A stretch of 36,842 nucleotides of DNA from Alloascoidea hylecoeti (GCA_001600815.1 BCKZ01000013.1:248001-284842), one strand, 5' to 3'; shown: positions 24,893 through 35,529, counted from the first letter of the stretch. A program made the numbers and translations. Notes: generated by a model not told the origin, from the letters alone.

Positions 24893-25594
24893 TCAACAAA
24901 CCGCCACTGGTTCTCTAACCATACAAGGTAATTCAATAATATCATTATTATGAATATTAATTGTAACTGTTCTTTTTGTTTCAAAACCAAATCTATTATA
25001 AATTGGAATATTTGATATTTTTGATGATTCTAAGTAACAAGGTTCATTTGCAGCATCAGCGATATCAGTAACAGTATTGATTAATTTTCTAGCAAAACCT
25101 TTACCTCTAGCACATGGTAATGTACCAATGTAAGTTAAATACCATGAATTTTCATCTCGATCTTTTAAGATATCCAATTTAACATTTTCAAGAACACTTT
25201 CATATTCATCAAAAATAATTCTTCTGCCTTCTTTACCGAGTTTGAATAATAATTTCCATTCTCCGCTTCTTAAGGAAGTAATCCAATCTGTAGTATCAGC
25301 GCCCGGCGGTAACCAACAAGCAACAGCTTCAAAATCACCAACGGCATAAACTACACCTTTAAGAATATGAGCATAAACAATACATTCAAACATTTCTAGG
25401 TCTAATTGTTTTGCTTGTTCTGGAGTTCTACCACCGACCTGGGAAAGATAGGATTCCAAAGGGTCATCTTCAAACGCAATTTGAAGAGTCCTTGCAGCTT
25501 GTTTATAGTCAGCTAAAGTGAGGATGCGTACATTATAAATATTTTGTGGGGAATTAGAATTTTTGAGTGAAATGGTGGATAAGCTCTCTGACGT
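24893..25594 (-). CDS. Fungal GNAT-family N-acetyltransferase; start uncertain, probably non-AUG (drawn from ACG at 25594)
   Basis: Motif A WYLTYIGTLPCARGKGFARKLI, motif B PCYLESSKISNIPIYNRFGF. Frame is open upstream to a stop at 25616-25618 and encodes VRILTLADYKQAARTLQIAFEDDPL before the track start. Confidence 0.85.
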   Translation of the reverse strand, partial: TSESLSTISLKNSNSPQNIYNVRILTLADYKQAARTLQIAFEDDPLESYLSQVGGRTPEQAKQLDLEMFECIVYAHILKGVVYAVGDFEAVACWLPPGADTTDWITSLRSGEWKLLFKLGKEGRRIIFDEYESVLENVKLDILKDRDENSWYLTYIGTLPCARGKGFARKLINTVTDIADAANEPCYLESSKISNIPIYNRFGFETKRTVTINIHNNDIIELPCMVREPVAVC

Positions 25595-26466
25595 AAAACG
25601 ATAACTAAATGCTAATTAATTGAAATTATTAGCTTGGCCCTAACAAGGGTTGGGAAAAAGTATGAAGTTTTGTAGTTGTGAAGAAGAGAAAAAAGAAAAT
25701 GAGAAATTGGCACGTTTATATAATATGCATAAATCGCTCGAATATCAGCCACTGCCCAAAAAGGAAGCTGAATGCTTGCATAAGACACTCGGCTGTCATA
25801 CAACTGAACGCATGTGAGTACCGCCCTTCTCCATTCATGTTCGAAGCCTTTCATCAAAATTCTCACGATTTAGGTATATAAGTCAGAAAGTTTATTAACT
25901 CTCATGATGGTTATTATTGTTATCATTCTTCAATTATTGCCACAGAAAATAATACCCTTATCTTTAAAGTTCGGCTTTCAGCCACGCGTATGTGCAACCG
26001 ATGAAAGTTCTTTATGGTAACTGGAGCCGTTCAAGATCACGGCCAATGAAACATATTATTATCGTGGGACTCATGGCGTTTCTGACATGTTCCGATCAAC
26101 AAAAAAATATTCCTATACATATTACAGTAACCCACGGAACATTAAGTTTAATGACTGCGTAAAGTTTATACTGAGTAATTATCAGCATGCTTGCGACCAA
26201 AAAAGCCAACCAGATGATATCAAAAGATATTCTTTTAAGATTTTAGAAACAAATGATTATATATATCAAACTTTGAGGGTCTTCATAATGAACTCTTCTT
26301 GTTACTTTGAAAATAATCACTACATTGTACCAACTTTTTAGTACCAAGCTTTTTCGAAAAGCCTATCTCGATTAATGCATTATCTATCTCAAATATATTT
26401 CTATTTATGCAGGTAAATATTTTTATCTATTTCTATTTAATAAATTATTCCATTCAATTCAATTAA

Positions 26467-27780
26467 TTAAAACTGTTCAAAATATCTTTTAACAGATTCA
26501 ACTTCTCCTTTGTTGTATGTCAAAACTTTTCCTTGCCATTTACCTTTAGCACCACCTCCTTTAATTTCTTTGATTAATTCCTTAATTTGAGTCGAAACCT
26601 CTGTACATTTTTCACCTTGAATAATAACAGCTCCACCATCTTCTCTTTCACCACAAAATAATAATAAAGTCCCTAATTCTGGTGTTTTTAATAAGTTTAT
26701 ACCAAGATTATTCAATTCTTTTAATACTGCGTTAAGATATTCCATACCTGAATCACTTCTATAAACTAAAGATTTTTTATTAACTAATAATTCTTCTTTA
26801 ATTCTTTTAGCTTCATATGATGCAACTTCAGACATCCAATTACGTTCTTTAGTTGTTAATTTTCTTAATTGTGAATTAACTTGTAATATTTTTTCTTCTA
26901 AATTATCTTGCTGACAAGATAATTGAGAATTAATATTTCTAATTAATTCATTTTGTTTTATTGTAAAATTAACAATTCTATCGCCACAAATAAAATGTAA
27001 TCTACTATTTGTACCTCTAATTGAAGTTTGATATAACAAAACCATTAAACCAATTTCAAAAGTTGATTTTAAATGAGTACCACAACATGGATTTGAATCC
27101 AATTCACCAATATGAATAACTCTTAATATACCTTGTGATGTATCATAATCATCTGGCATTTTTGATTTATTAACATTTTCAGGATTTGGAATTTCTAATC
27201 TAACTGGTATAGATTTTTTAATTGAATCATTTACTTCTTTTGATACTTTTTCAATTTCATCATTCGTTAATTTTCTTGGTAATTCAATATAATTTATAAC
27301 TTCACCCATTGACCAACTTAAAGTATTTAAATTCATTTTATCTAAAATTGCAGAAAGTAAATGTTGTCCAGTATGTTGTTGCATATGATCATATCTTTTT
27401 GACCATTTTAAATTCAATTCAACTTTTGTACCTGGTTCAATAAAATCTTCAACTTCATGTTTTGCTAATAATCCATCACGTCTAACATATAAAACAGGAA
27501 TTTCTAAATTTGAAGATAAAATTTTAATTGTACCTGTATCTGAAGGTTGACCACCACCTTCTGGAAATAATATAGTATTTTCTAATTCAACTTCATATTT
27601 TCCAAGTTTCTTTTCTATTTGTGATGATTCATCATTACTTTTTTTACCTTTTGCTTTATTTTTACTTTTACCTTTTGGTTCCGCTTTTAATATATTTTCA
27701 ACACATGAAGTAACTGTTGTAGTATAACTTCTTAGATATGAATCATTTTGACAGGCCAAAGCACCAACAATTGCAGTCAT
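26467..27780 (-). CDS. ALX1: AlaX-type alanyl-tRNA editing protein (AlaXp; YNL040W-like)
   Basis: TILFPEGGGQPSDTG, zinc ligands in HMQQHTGQHLLSA and NPCCGTH, C-terminal KGGG..GKWQGK. Confidence 0.9.
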   Translation of the reverse strand: MTAIVGALACQNDSYLRSYTTTVTSCVENILKAEPKGKSKNKAKGKKSNDESSQIEKKLGKYEVELENTILFPEGGGQPSDTGTIKILSSNLEIPVLYVRRDGLLAKHEVEDFIEPGTKVELNLKWSKRYDHMQQHTGQHLLSAILDKMNLNTLSWSMGEVINYIELPRKLTNDEIEKVSKEVNDSIKKSIPVRLEIPNPENVNKSKMPDDYDTSQGILRVIHIGELDSNPCCGTHLKSTFEIGLMVLLYQTSIRGTNSRLHFICGDRIVNFTIKQNELIRNINSQLSCQQDNLEEKILQVNSQLRKLTTKERNWMSEVASYEAKRIKEELLVNKKSLVYRSDSGMEYLNAVLKELNNLGINLLKTPELGTLLLFCGEREDGGAVIIQGEKCTEVSTQIKELIKEIKGGGAKGKWQGKVLTYNKGEVESVKRYFEQF

Positions 27781-27816
27781 TTTATATCTTATCTTTCTGT
27801 CTTATCGAAAAAAAAA

Positions 27817-27892
27817 GATGAGTAATAAATATTATGTCAAACACCCGTTCTCCCATCTGTGTTTACGCGTTCGCACATTTCCAAATCTCATC
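27817..27892. promoter_or_regulatory. Compact bidirectional promoter with PAC, forkhead and MCB motifs
   Basis: GATGAG 27817-27822, TGTTTAC 27860-27866 overlapping ACGCGT 27865-27870, CTCATC 27887-27892. Confidence 0.5.
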
Positions 27893-27919
27893 AAAATCAA
27901 AAACCGAATAAACAAAAAA

Positions 27920-29758
27920 ATGGATCCTTCAAGAAGACAAACAGTTTTACAAAACTCTTCAGAAATACGATCTCAAACTGAAGAATTAGAACATCTTGAA
28001 CAAGAAATCACTTTAACTTTACAAGAAATTGATAGGAATTTTGCAAGATCACATAAAATTGTAAATGAATCAATAATACCAGTTGTTAAGAAATATGGAG
28101 CAGCTTCAAAAGGTGTTTGGGATGGTGTTAAATTTTGGGAAGCATTTTTTGAGGCAAGTGCAAATGTTACATTAAGTGGTTATAAAGAAGCTGTTAATCA
28201 AGAAGAACAGGGTCCTTCTATGATTTCAAGTGATTTGGTTAGTACAAGTTTTAATCAACAAATTCCAATACATGATATTACAAAAGATTTAACTGCTTTG
28301 GCGTCCATATCAGGAACAAATGGAACAGATGAATTATCTTCACGTTTAGAAAGAGTTGGACTAAATGATTCGATACAACTACAAAAATCACGACAGATTA
28401 ATGATGATTCAACTATTACAGATTTCAAAAAACCATTTGCTCTACAAAAAGTAATTAAAAATGAAGTGACAAATGATAGTATTTTAAGAGGTTTAGACTT
28501 GGAAGATCAATCAACTCCATATAAAGGACAGTCTAAATTTCCATCTTCGTTTAAACAAATTAATAATACAATTGGTGATGATACATCATCTATATATCCT
28601 GAAATGCCACATGTTAAATCAAAAGCTGGACTTTCATATGATTCTATTGATGATGAACCACCGGTTCCTATACCAACTTCTCACTTAAGTGTAATAAATG
28701 AATCTTCTTCACTTCCTTATACTCCTACGGGATCATCAAAAATGTCTTCATTATCAATTCAAAATTTACACACTCCACAATCATTACATCCCGATTTTCA
28801 ACAACAGCAGCAGCAGCAACAACAAGAGCAACAACAGTCCCGATACGATTTTGATGACGATGACGAAGATGATGATATTATAATGAATTCTTCACCATTC
28901 AAAACGGAGAATATAAATCCTTCAAGTTATACCCCAGGTTTTACAAATAATATTATAATGCATCGAGTTTTAGATCAAAATTATAGAATACAAGCAACCC
29001 CAAATCATTCATCATATAGACGTCCTGGATTACCAATCACATCCGTATCCAGAAACAATAATAATAAAACCCCTGATAGAGAAACAAGAAGAAAAACAAT
29101 AATGGCTAAATATGATAGTTCACCCTTAACTATATCTCCACCGAAATTAACATCATGGAAATCTAATAATAATAATGATGCTGTTACACCAATACGATCG
29201 AAAATAAAAAATAAAAATCGCAATGAAAATCAAAATCAATTATCAAGATTTCCAACAACACCAAAATATGGAGGAGGAGTTGATTTATTAAAAACACCAA
29301 GGAGAAATATTACAAATAATTATAATTATGATCATGATGATAATACAACAACAGCTGGAATAACAACAACAAATGTTTTTAATAGAAATGAAATTGGTGC
29401 AACAACTTCAACATCAGCAGCAAATTTACCAGCTGAATCATTTTATGATTCAGATTCAGATTCAGATGTTATTCTTGGAATGTCACCACCAGTAACTTAT
29501 CAATTTACAGTTCCGGTTTCTAAATTAGAAAAAACTCCTGCAAGACAAGTTGCACATAATTTAGTTGAAGATATGTTAAGAACTGTTGGTGGTGAAGATA
29601 GTACAAATACAAATAGTGTTAATTTTAGTACTAATATTGGTGGTACAAGTTTAAATAATAAATTAAAATCTTTAGATACTGGGAATATTACAAATTCTTT
29701 TATTGATCATCAATATACTATAGATGAAGATATTAATTGGAGTGATGATGATTTATGA
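27920..29758 (+). CDS. ASK1: DASH/Dam1 complex subunit Ask1
   Basis: EELEHLEQEITLTLQEIDRNFARSHKIV...IIPVVKKYG..SKGVWD..KFW..FFEASANVTLSGY; long disordered tail with TP-x-K/R sites and a poly-Q tract. ATG 27920 preferred (aaaaaaATG, close to the domain) over 27818. Confidence 0.9.
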   Translation: MDPSRRQTVLQNSSEIRSQTEELEHLEQEITLTLQEIDRNFARSHKIVNESIIPVVKKYGAASKGVWDGVKFWEAFFEASANVTLSGYKEAVNQEEQGPSMISSDLVSTSFNQQIPIHDITKDLTALASISGTNGTDELSSRLERVGLNDSIQLQKSRQINDDSTITDFKKPFALQKVIKNEVTNDSILRGLDLEDQSTPYKGQSKFPSSFKQINNTIGDDTSSIYPEMPHVKSKAGLSYDSIDDEPPVPIPTSHLSVINESSSLPYTPTGSSKMSSLSIQNLHTPQSLHPDFQQQQQQQQQEQQQSRYDFDDDDEDDDIIMNSSPFKTENINPSSYTPGFTNNIIMHRVLDQNYRIQATPNHSSYRRPGLPITSVSRNNNNKTPDRETRRKTIMAKYDSSPLTISPPKLTSWKSNNNNDAVTPIRSKIKNKNRNENQNQLSRFPTTPKYGGGVDLLKTPRRNITNNYNYDHDDNTTTAGITTTNVFNRNEIGATTSTSAANLPAESFYDSDSDSDVILGMSPPVTYQFTVPVSKLEKTPARQVAHNLVEDMLRTVGGEDSTNTNSVNFSTNIGGTSLNNKLKSLDTGNITNSFIDHQYTIDEDINWSDDDL

Positions 29759-30500
29759 GATTATATATGTTTTAATATTATTACAACTTATAAGTTAATA
29801 TTCCTAATTATAGGTTGAAGAATAAAATAGAGGAAAGTTCTCTAATAATATAGACTGTTATAATTGGACTATACGCCTTAAGCTAAACTAGAGAAACAAG
29901 ACTTTGATTACGTTCTTTAGATTGGTTTAGCTTAATTCCTTCTAAGCTTCAACAGGTTATGCACCTTATATCCGTTTTTTCTTCTCCGTGCAAAATTACA
30001 GTAACGAATATGCTATAACGTCGCCAATTGCAAATTTATTTTATGATGATATTTAAATTTTATTCAATTGAATCTTGCAATTGCTTGTATAGAGCAATTA
30101 TAGACTATTTTATTCTCTATTACTTTCTGGGATATAGAGTTAATAGTTATAAATCTTGCACTAGTTGAGTATTTGAAAGAAAGGTTATGGTGGATTGTTT
30201 GAATAGTTCTAAGTAAGCGTATTTTGTAGTAGAATTAATTCGTCGACTTGAAAGCGCTATATTTTGCTGATTATTTGAAAAGTTTATAATAAATTACGAA
30301 AATTCTACGTGGGAACGTGCGATTACTTATTAAGATCCCACAACCACTTATTATTCGATCGACTTAATATCAACATCAAGATTCAAAATCAAGTAATCAA
30401 AATTTAAAATTATCTTTACCACTTTCAGGAATTTTCCACTTAACTGTATATTTGTTTTCTGGAAATTCTATTGACTTCATAAACACATTGAAAAGGGTAG

Positions 30501-30716
30501 CGCCTTTCATCCCCCTAAGTTTTATAAGTTCATGCATTGTGTCGGCCAATTGCTTGATATTTCTATTTCTGTAGTAATAATAACTAAGAATATATTGATT
30601 TTCCTAAACACATACTATTATTATGCATAATACAGAAATAGTAGAAATAGAAACATCAAACAATTGGCCGGCAGACACAATGCAAGAACTTATGAAGCTT
30701 AGGGGGATGAAAGACG
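30501..30716. repeat. Long imperfect inverted repeat, about 70-bp arms (30501-30570, 30643-30716)
   Basis: Manual alignment: six substitutions and one 4-nt bulge; 72-nt AT-rich spacer. Confidence 0.92.
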
Positions 30717-32043
30717 AAAAGTAGAGTATTAAGCCTTCTGCTTATTTCATCAATTGAGAAGTCTTGTTTCCTCGGATTACAGATTTCAATCTGCTTATTT
30801 TGATTTTTTTGATCTTTGATGTTACCTTGCATCTCACTTTACTGAATGCTAGAAGCAAATGGTCTATCGGAGATTTCTTGGTGTATTTTTGGATGCAATG
30901 AGAGCTTGATAGATCAAAACCTGTGAAGAAATGTACTAGGAAGGATATCGTACGTAATATAAACCTCTTTCTCCAAAAATCCGAATGAAGACAATAGCAA
31001 AAATGAAAATAAAGCATAAATCATAAATCAAAAGAATAATATAAAATTTGAAGTATCGTGAAGTCATAAAATAAGTCATAAAAAGAATCCAACTATATTA
31101 CTAATTTTCAAGCCAACAACAACTTTAAAATAGAATATGCTAATTTTTGTTAAGTGTTTCATTTACACATTACTCTTATTTTTAATCCATAAATACTTTT
31201 TTTTTGTCTTTTGAAGGTGTTATTCTATATCGAAAAGATTGAAATTTCAAAAATTAACCTTCAAATCTTATTACTTTAAGACCTTATATCTCTAGCTCTT
31301 TTTGAAGATATTTTAATTTAAGCTAAACATTGTTCAAATTTGGACATCTTTCGAAAATTCAAAACTATAATATTTGACCATCAAACCACCAATTATTATA
31401 TTCTCTGAAATTGAAATTTTACCAATTTTGGAATTAAAATTAGACCTAGAGTTATAAATCCAACAGAAATTTTAAGTAAAATAATTTAACATTTAATTGA
31501 ATAATTCATACTTAAATTGAATAAAATGAATTATAAAATCATAAATTTTAAAGTATGAATATGGTTGGTCACTGAATTCCTCAACTTTAGATACATATGG
31601 CTCAGATACATAAATCTTACGTTTAATGCTATATCTTAGAAAAATAAAAAGGAATGAAACTTAGCCAATTTAATATTATATTTATATATTAAAGTGTATA
31701 AGTTAATATATAAAATTATATCGATCAATACCCTAAAGAAATTCGCAAAAGTTAAAAAAAATATTACAAAAGAAGATGAATAAATATAGAATTTCAAATG
31801 TTATATAATATTATAATCAAATGAAATAAAAATACAATTCCAAGAAAAGGAAAGTAAATGCAAGAAATAAAGAATATTAATTAGCAATAGCAAGAAATCA
31901 ATTTTTTAAAAATCAAATGACATGTATTATGTTTAAAAATCAAATGTAAGCTTGTCGATTATAAAGCTTGAACTGTATAAAATTATAATGAGAAAAATGA
32001 ATAATATAAAATATAAAAATGAATAATGAATGATGAAAAAATT

Positions 32044-34084
32044 TCAAAATAAGAATTGTAAAATTAAAGCAGTAACAATCATAAAAAATATACTTTTCCA
32101 AGTAAAATTCCAATTATCATTATTATCATCATCAATTGTATCTTGTAAGACTTTTAAAGTTACTAATGAATTATTACTATTAGTATATCCATTAAACTTT
32201 GAATTTGTGTTGTAATTTGAATTTTCAATATCGATTTCAGATTGAGATTCATTTTCATTTTCATTTTCAATAATTAATCTTGATAAATCTTCATCTAATG
32301 GTAATGAATAAGATCTACTTAATGATGATAATCTTTTCTTTTTAATTCCATTTTTCATTCCGTTTTTTAATTTTGTTTTTGATTTTGAATTTAATTTTGG
32401 TTTTAAATTTGAATTGATGATAATATGTTCATCTTCATCAACTTCATCAACTTGTTCTAAATTTTTCTTTCCATTAATATTATTATTATCAAAATTTTTA
32501 TTATTTTTATTATTTTTATAATAATTTAATTGTAAATTTTCCCATTCTTTTTCATCATTTGAATTAATATCACTTAAATCAGAATCTGAAAAATAATTAA
32601 AATTTTCATTTTCAAAATCTAAATTTGATGAATCAATTGAATTAATACTACCAAATGACGAAATTCTTGATGATATTTTATTATTTCCATTTCTTTGATT
32701 AATATTATTTGAATTATAAAAATTTGATGAATTATTTGATGAACCAGGTAATGATAATCTTTTCAAACTTTTTGATTTTTTTTTAATGTTTAATTGTGAT
32801 TGAGATTTTGATTTTAATCTTGATTTTAAAGATAAAGAACCAAATGATTTTCGTTTATTAACTTTTCTATTTGATGTTATTGTCGAAGAATATTTTAAAA
32901 TATTAAAATCTTCTGTTAATTGTTGTAATTTAGTTGATAAATCATTAATTTTTTCAGTATATATAGTATTTTGTAATGATAAATTATCAATTATTAATTT
33001 ATCTTTATATGATTGTGATTGAGATAAAGATCTAGAACTAATATTTTCATCTATATTAGATAATGATTTATCATTAAAAATATTATTTTTATTTTTATTT
33101 TTTAAAATATCTTTTTCAAAAGAAAAACTATCATCATCATCATCATCATATGTATCATTATCATTTAAAATTGAATTTGAATTAGAACTTTTAATTGGTG
33201 ATAAATTTAAATGTTTTAATTTTTTTTCACGTTCTTTTTCTAAATTTAAAATTTGATATTCAATATGTTCAATATATTTTAAAGATTCAACAGATTTTTT
33301 TTTTAGTTCGTTATATTTAGAATCTTTTTCTTTTATTACTTTTGATAATTGATTTTTTTCAAATGTTAATGATTCAATTATATTATCCCTATATTCAATT
33401 TCAATTTCATTATCATTACTATCGTTAACATTAATTTCATTTTCTTTATTATAATTATAATCATTGGTATCTATTGGCTCATCGTTTATGAAAGTGGTTG
33501 AATTTGTGATAGATGCAGGATTGATATTAAAATCTAATTCTGGATTTATAGGAGTATTTGGTAGTAAAGTTAAGGAACCATGTTTATCATTAAGGTTATG
33601 GGAAGAAACAGGTAAAGGATGGTTTTTTTGTGGGCTTATAACCAAAGGAGTAACACCTATAGATTTTCGCCGTCTTAGTTGTTGCTTTTTGTATTTTTTT
33701 AGGATATGAGGCGGAATGATAACTAAAGCATTGAATAATTCTTGAAATTCATCCCTTGTCATGGATAGTTCCAAGCGTGGAGTCAACGTTAGAGGTGGGC
33801 TTTGCAGTTGGGGGATTTGTAGGAACTTTTCGGTATCTAGACGGGTTGAGCTGGATAACAGCGATTCTGCTGGAAGTTGAAGTTTTGCTTCCAGAAGGTC
33901 GATTACAGATATAAACTGACCACATGGGATCTACAATTAGTACTAGTCAGTCAGTCGCCCCGGAAAACTAAATTAAATAGAAGTAAAAGCAACATACCGT
34001 TCCGTCGACGGAAAGAAACTCCAAGCGGTCCCAGACAAGATCCACGACGTGTGAATAAACATCCAAATCGATGTCCAAATCCAT
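32044..34084 (-). CDS. Tail-anchored coiled-coil protein, Mps2/Csm4-like N-terminus, 657 aa (exons 34084-33998, 33930-32044)
   Basis: Exon 1 MDLDIDLDVYSHVVDLVWDRLEFLSVDGT splices in frame to IPCGQFISVIDLLEAKL...LLSS...MTRDEFQELFNALV; central coiled coils; terminal TM SIFFMIVTALILQFLF. Gene model is solid; family call is by pattern recall. Confidence 0.65.
33931..33997 (-). other. Spliceosomal intron (67 nt)
   Basis: GTATGT donor at 33997, TACTAAT branch at 33942-33936, TAG acceptor at 33931; phase 0, frame-preserving. Confidence 0.85.
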
Positions 34085-34243
34085 TTTGAAGAAGGTCGAA
34101 AAGTGAAAAATGGGAAGATGAAAAGTCGGAGGTTTGAGTGAAGCAAACTGGACGTAGGGTGTGCATTGGTATACATTGAGTATGCGTCCTAATGCGGCAG
34201 CACATCAACGCAACATTTGTTGTTTTGTATTCTTTCCTCTACC

Positions 34244-35374
34244 ATGAAGGCACGTGCCGCCCCACGTATCCACCCTAGGCCCTCCCAGCTGGCCCTGCTG
34301 GACAATGCTAACCTCACCTCCTTCCCGGAACCTCACTTCTCTTCACCAGTCTCGACCAGGTCCGTGTCGGCCGCCAGCACCCCGGACACCACGCTGGTCG
34401 ACATTCCACACATCGCGGATTGCGAAGTCTACATAACAATATCAACCGATGTTATCACACTAATAGAAGACTATGTTCCTGGAGATGCGATCGTGTCTGG
34501 CGATATAAATGAGCCTGAAGATGGCATTGGAATGGAAACTGAAAGTAAAATCCGGGACTTGGCTTACTACACCGAGGTGGATCCTTACGACAACGAATCA
34601 ATTTCTTCAACATTATCGACAATCCCAGATCTACACATTCCAAACACCAGAACTAGTACCTCGACAATACATAATGGTAAATATAAAGAAACCAATACAT
34701 CTTCTAACAATACATCGCATCTTGAACTTAATGATCAATTAAAACCCCCTATTTCTTTCAATTTTACCAAATCCTCACAAGAAAGTTTAAACACTATGAA
34801 CATTCATAATCATAGAAAATTATCAGTTACTTCAAAACATTGTCTTGTATGTAAAAAATCATTAAAAGAAATAACATCATCTCAATATTTCTTGAACCCA
34901 ATAATTTATAATAAAATCATTTGTCAAAAATGTATTCCACAATATGATAATTATATAACAATATTGGATCATACTGAATTAGTTTATAAATTTCAACTTT
35001 CTTTAGCATTAAAAAGAGAAAAATCAATTCATAATTTAAATATTAGAAATTCAATTCTGATTGGAAATTCAAATACAAATTCAATTAATAATAATAATAA
35101 TAAATTTATATTTTCTGATTCCTTAATGACAATACTTCGAAATTTGCAATCACGACCTTCATTTTTAAACATACAATCACAATATTATGTCGACAGGAAT
35201 TCAAATTCAAATTCAAATTCAAATTCAAATTCGAAATCATGTACTCCTTATTCGAATCTTCAAGAATCAATGGAATTTATGCAAAGAAAATTTAGATGGA
35301 GATGGAGAGTTAAAGGTTTAATACCAAAAGCTATGTCTCAATTAGATTTAAGGTCTAGAAGTTTGAATATATAA
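34244..35374 (+). CDS. Hypothetical protein with two CxxC motifs and a basic/Trp-rich C-terminal motif (376 aa)
   Basis: accATG at 34244 (track start is TTG); CLVC...CQKC; RKFRWRWRVKGLIP. Confidence 0.75.
   Translation: MKARAAPRIHPRPSQLALLDNANLTSFPEPHFSSPVSTRSVSAASTPDTTLVDIPHIADCEVYITISTDVITLIEDYVPGDAIVSGDINEPEDGIGMETESKIRDLAYYTEVDPYDNESISSTLSTIPDLHIPNTRTSTSTIHNGKYKETNTSSNNTSHLELNDQLKPPISFNFTKSSQESLNTMNIHNHRKLSVTSKHCLVCKKSLKEITSSQYFLNPIIYNKIICQKCIPQYDNYITILDHTELVYKFQLSLALKREKSIHNLNIRNSILIGNSNTNSINNNNNKFIFSDSLMTILRNLQSRPSFLNIQSQYYVDRNSNSNSNSNSNSKSCTPYSNLQESMEFMQRKFRWRWRVKGLIPKAMSQLDLRSRSLNI
35198..35232 (+). repeat. Coding microsatellite (AATTCA)n giving Asn-Ser repeats
   Basis: About six AATTCA units inside the 34244 ORF. 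Confidence 0.85.
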
Positions 35375-35483
35375 TTTTGATTTCATTATTTAAAGTGAAT
35401 ATTTGAACCCATTTTTTATTTCTTTGGTATTTTTTTTTTTTGTTTGTTTGTTTTGTTGATTTATGGTGATAATTGCATTTTTA

Positions 35484-35529
35484 TCTATTGATTTCTATTG
35501 ATTTCTATTGATTTCTATTGATTTCTATT
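35484..35529 (+). repeat. 10-bp tandem repeat (ATTTCTATTG), about 4.5 copies
   Basis: Directly visible downstream of the 34244 ORF, followed by T-rich low-complexity sequence. Confidence 0.9.
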
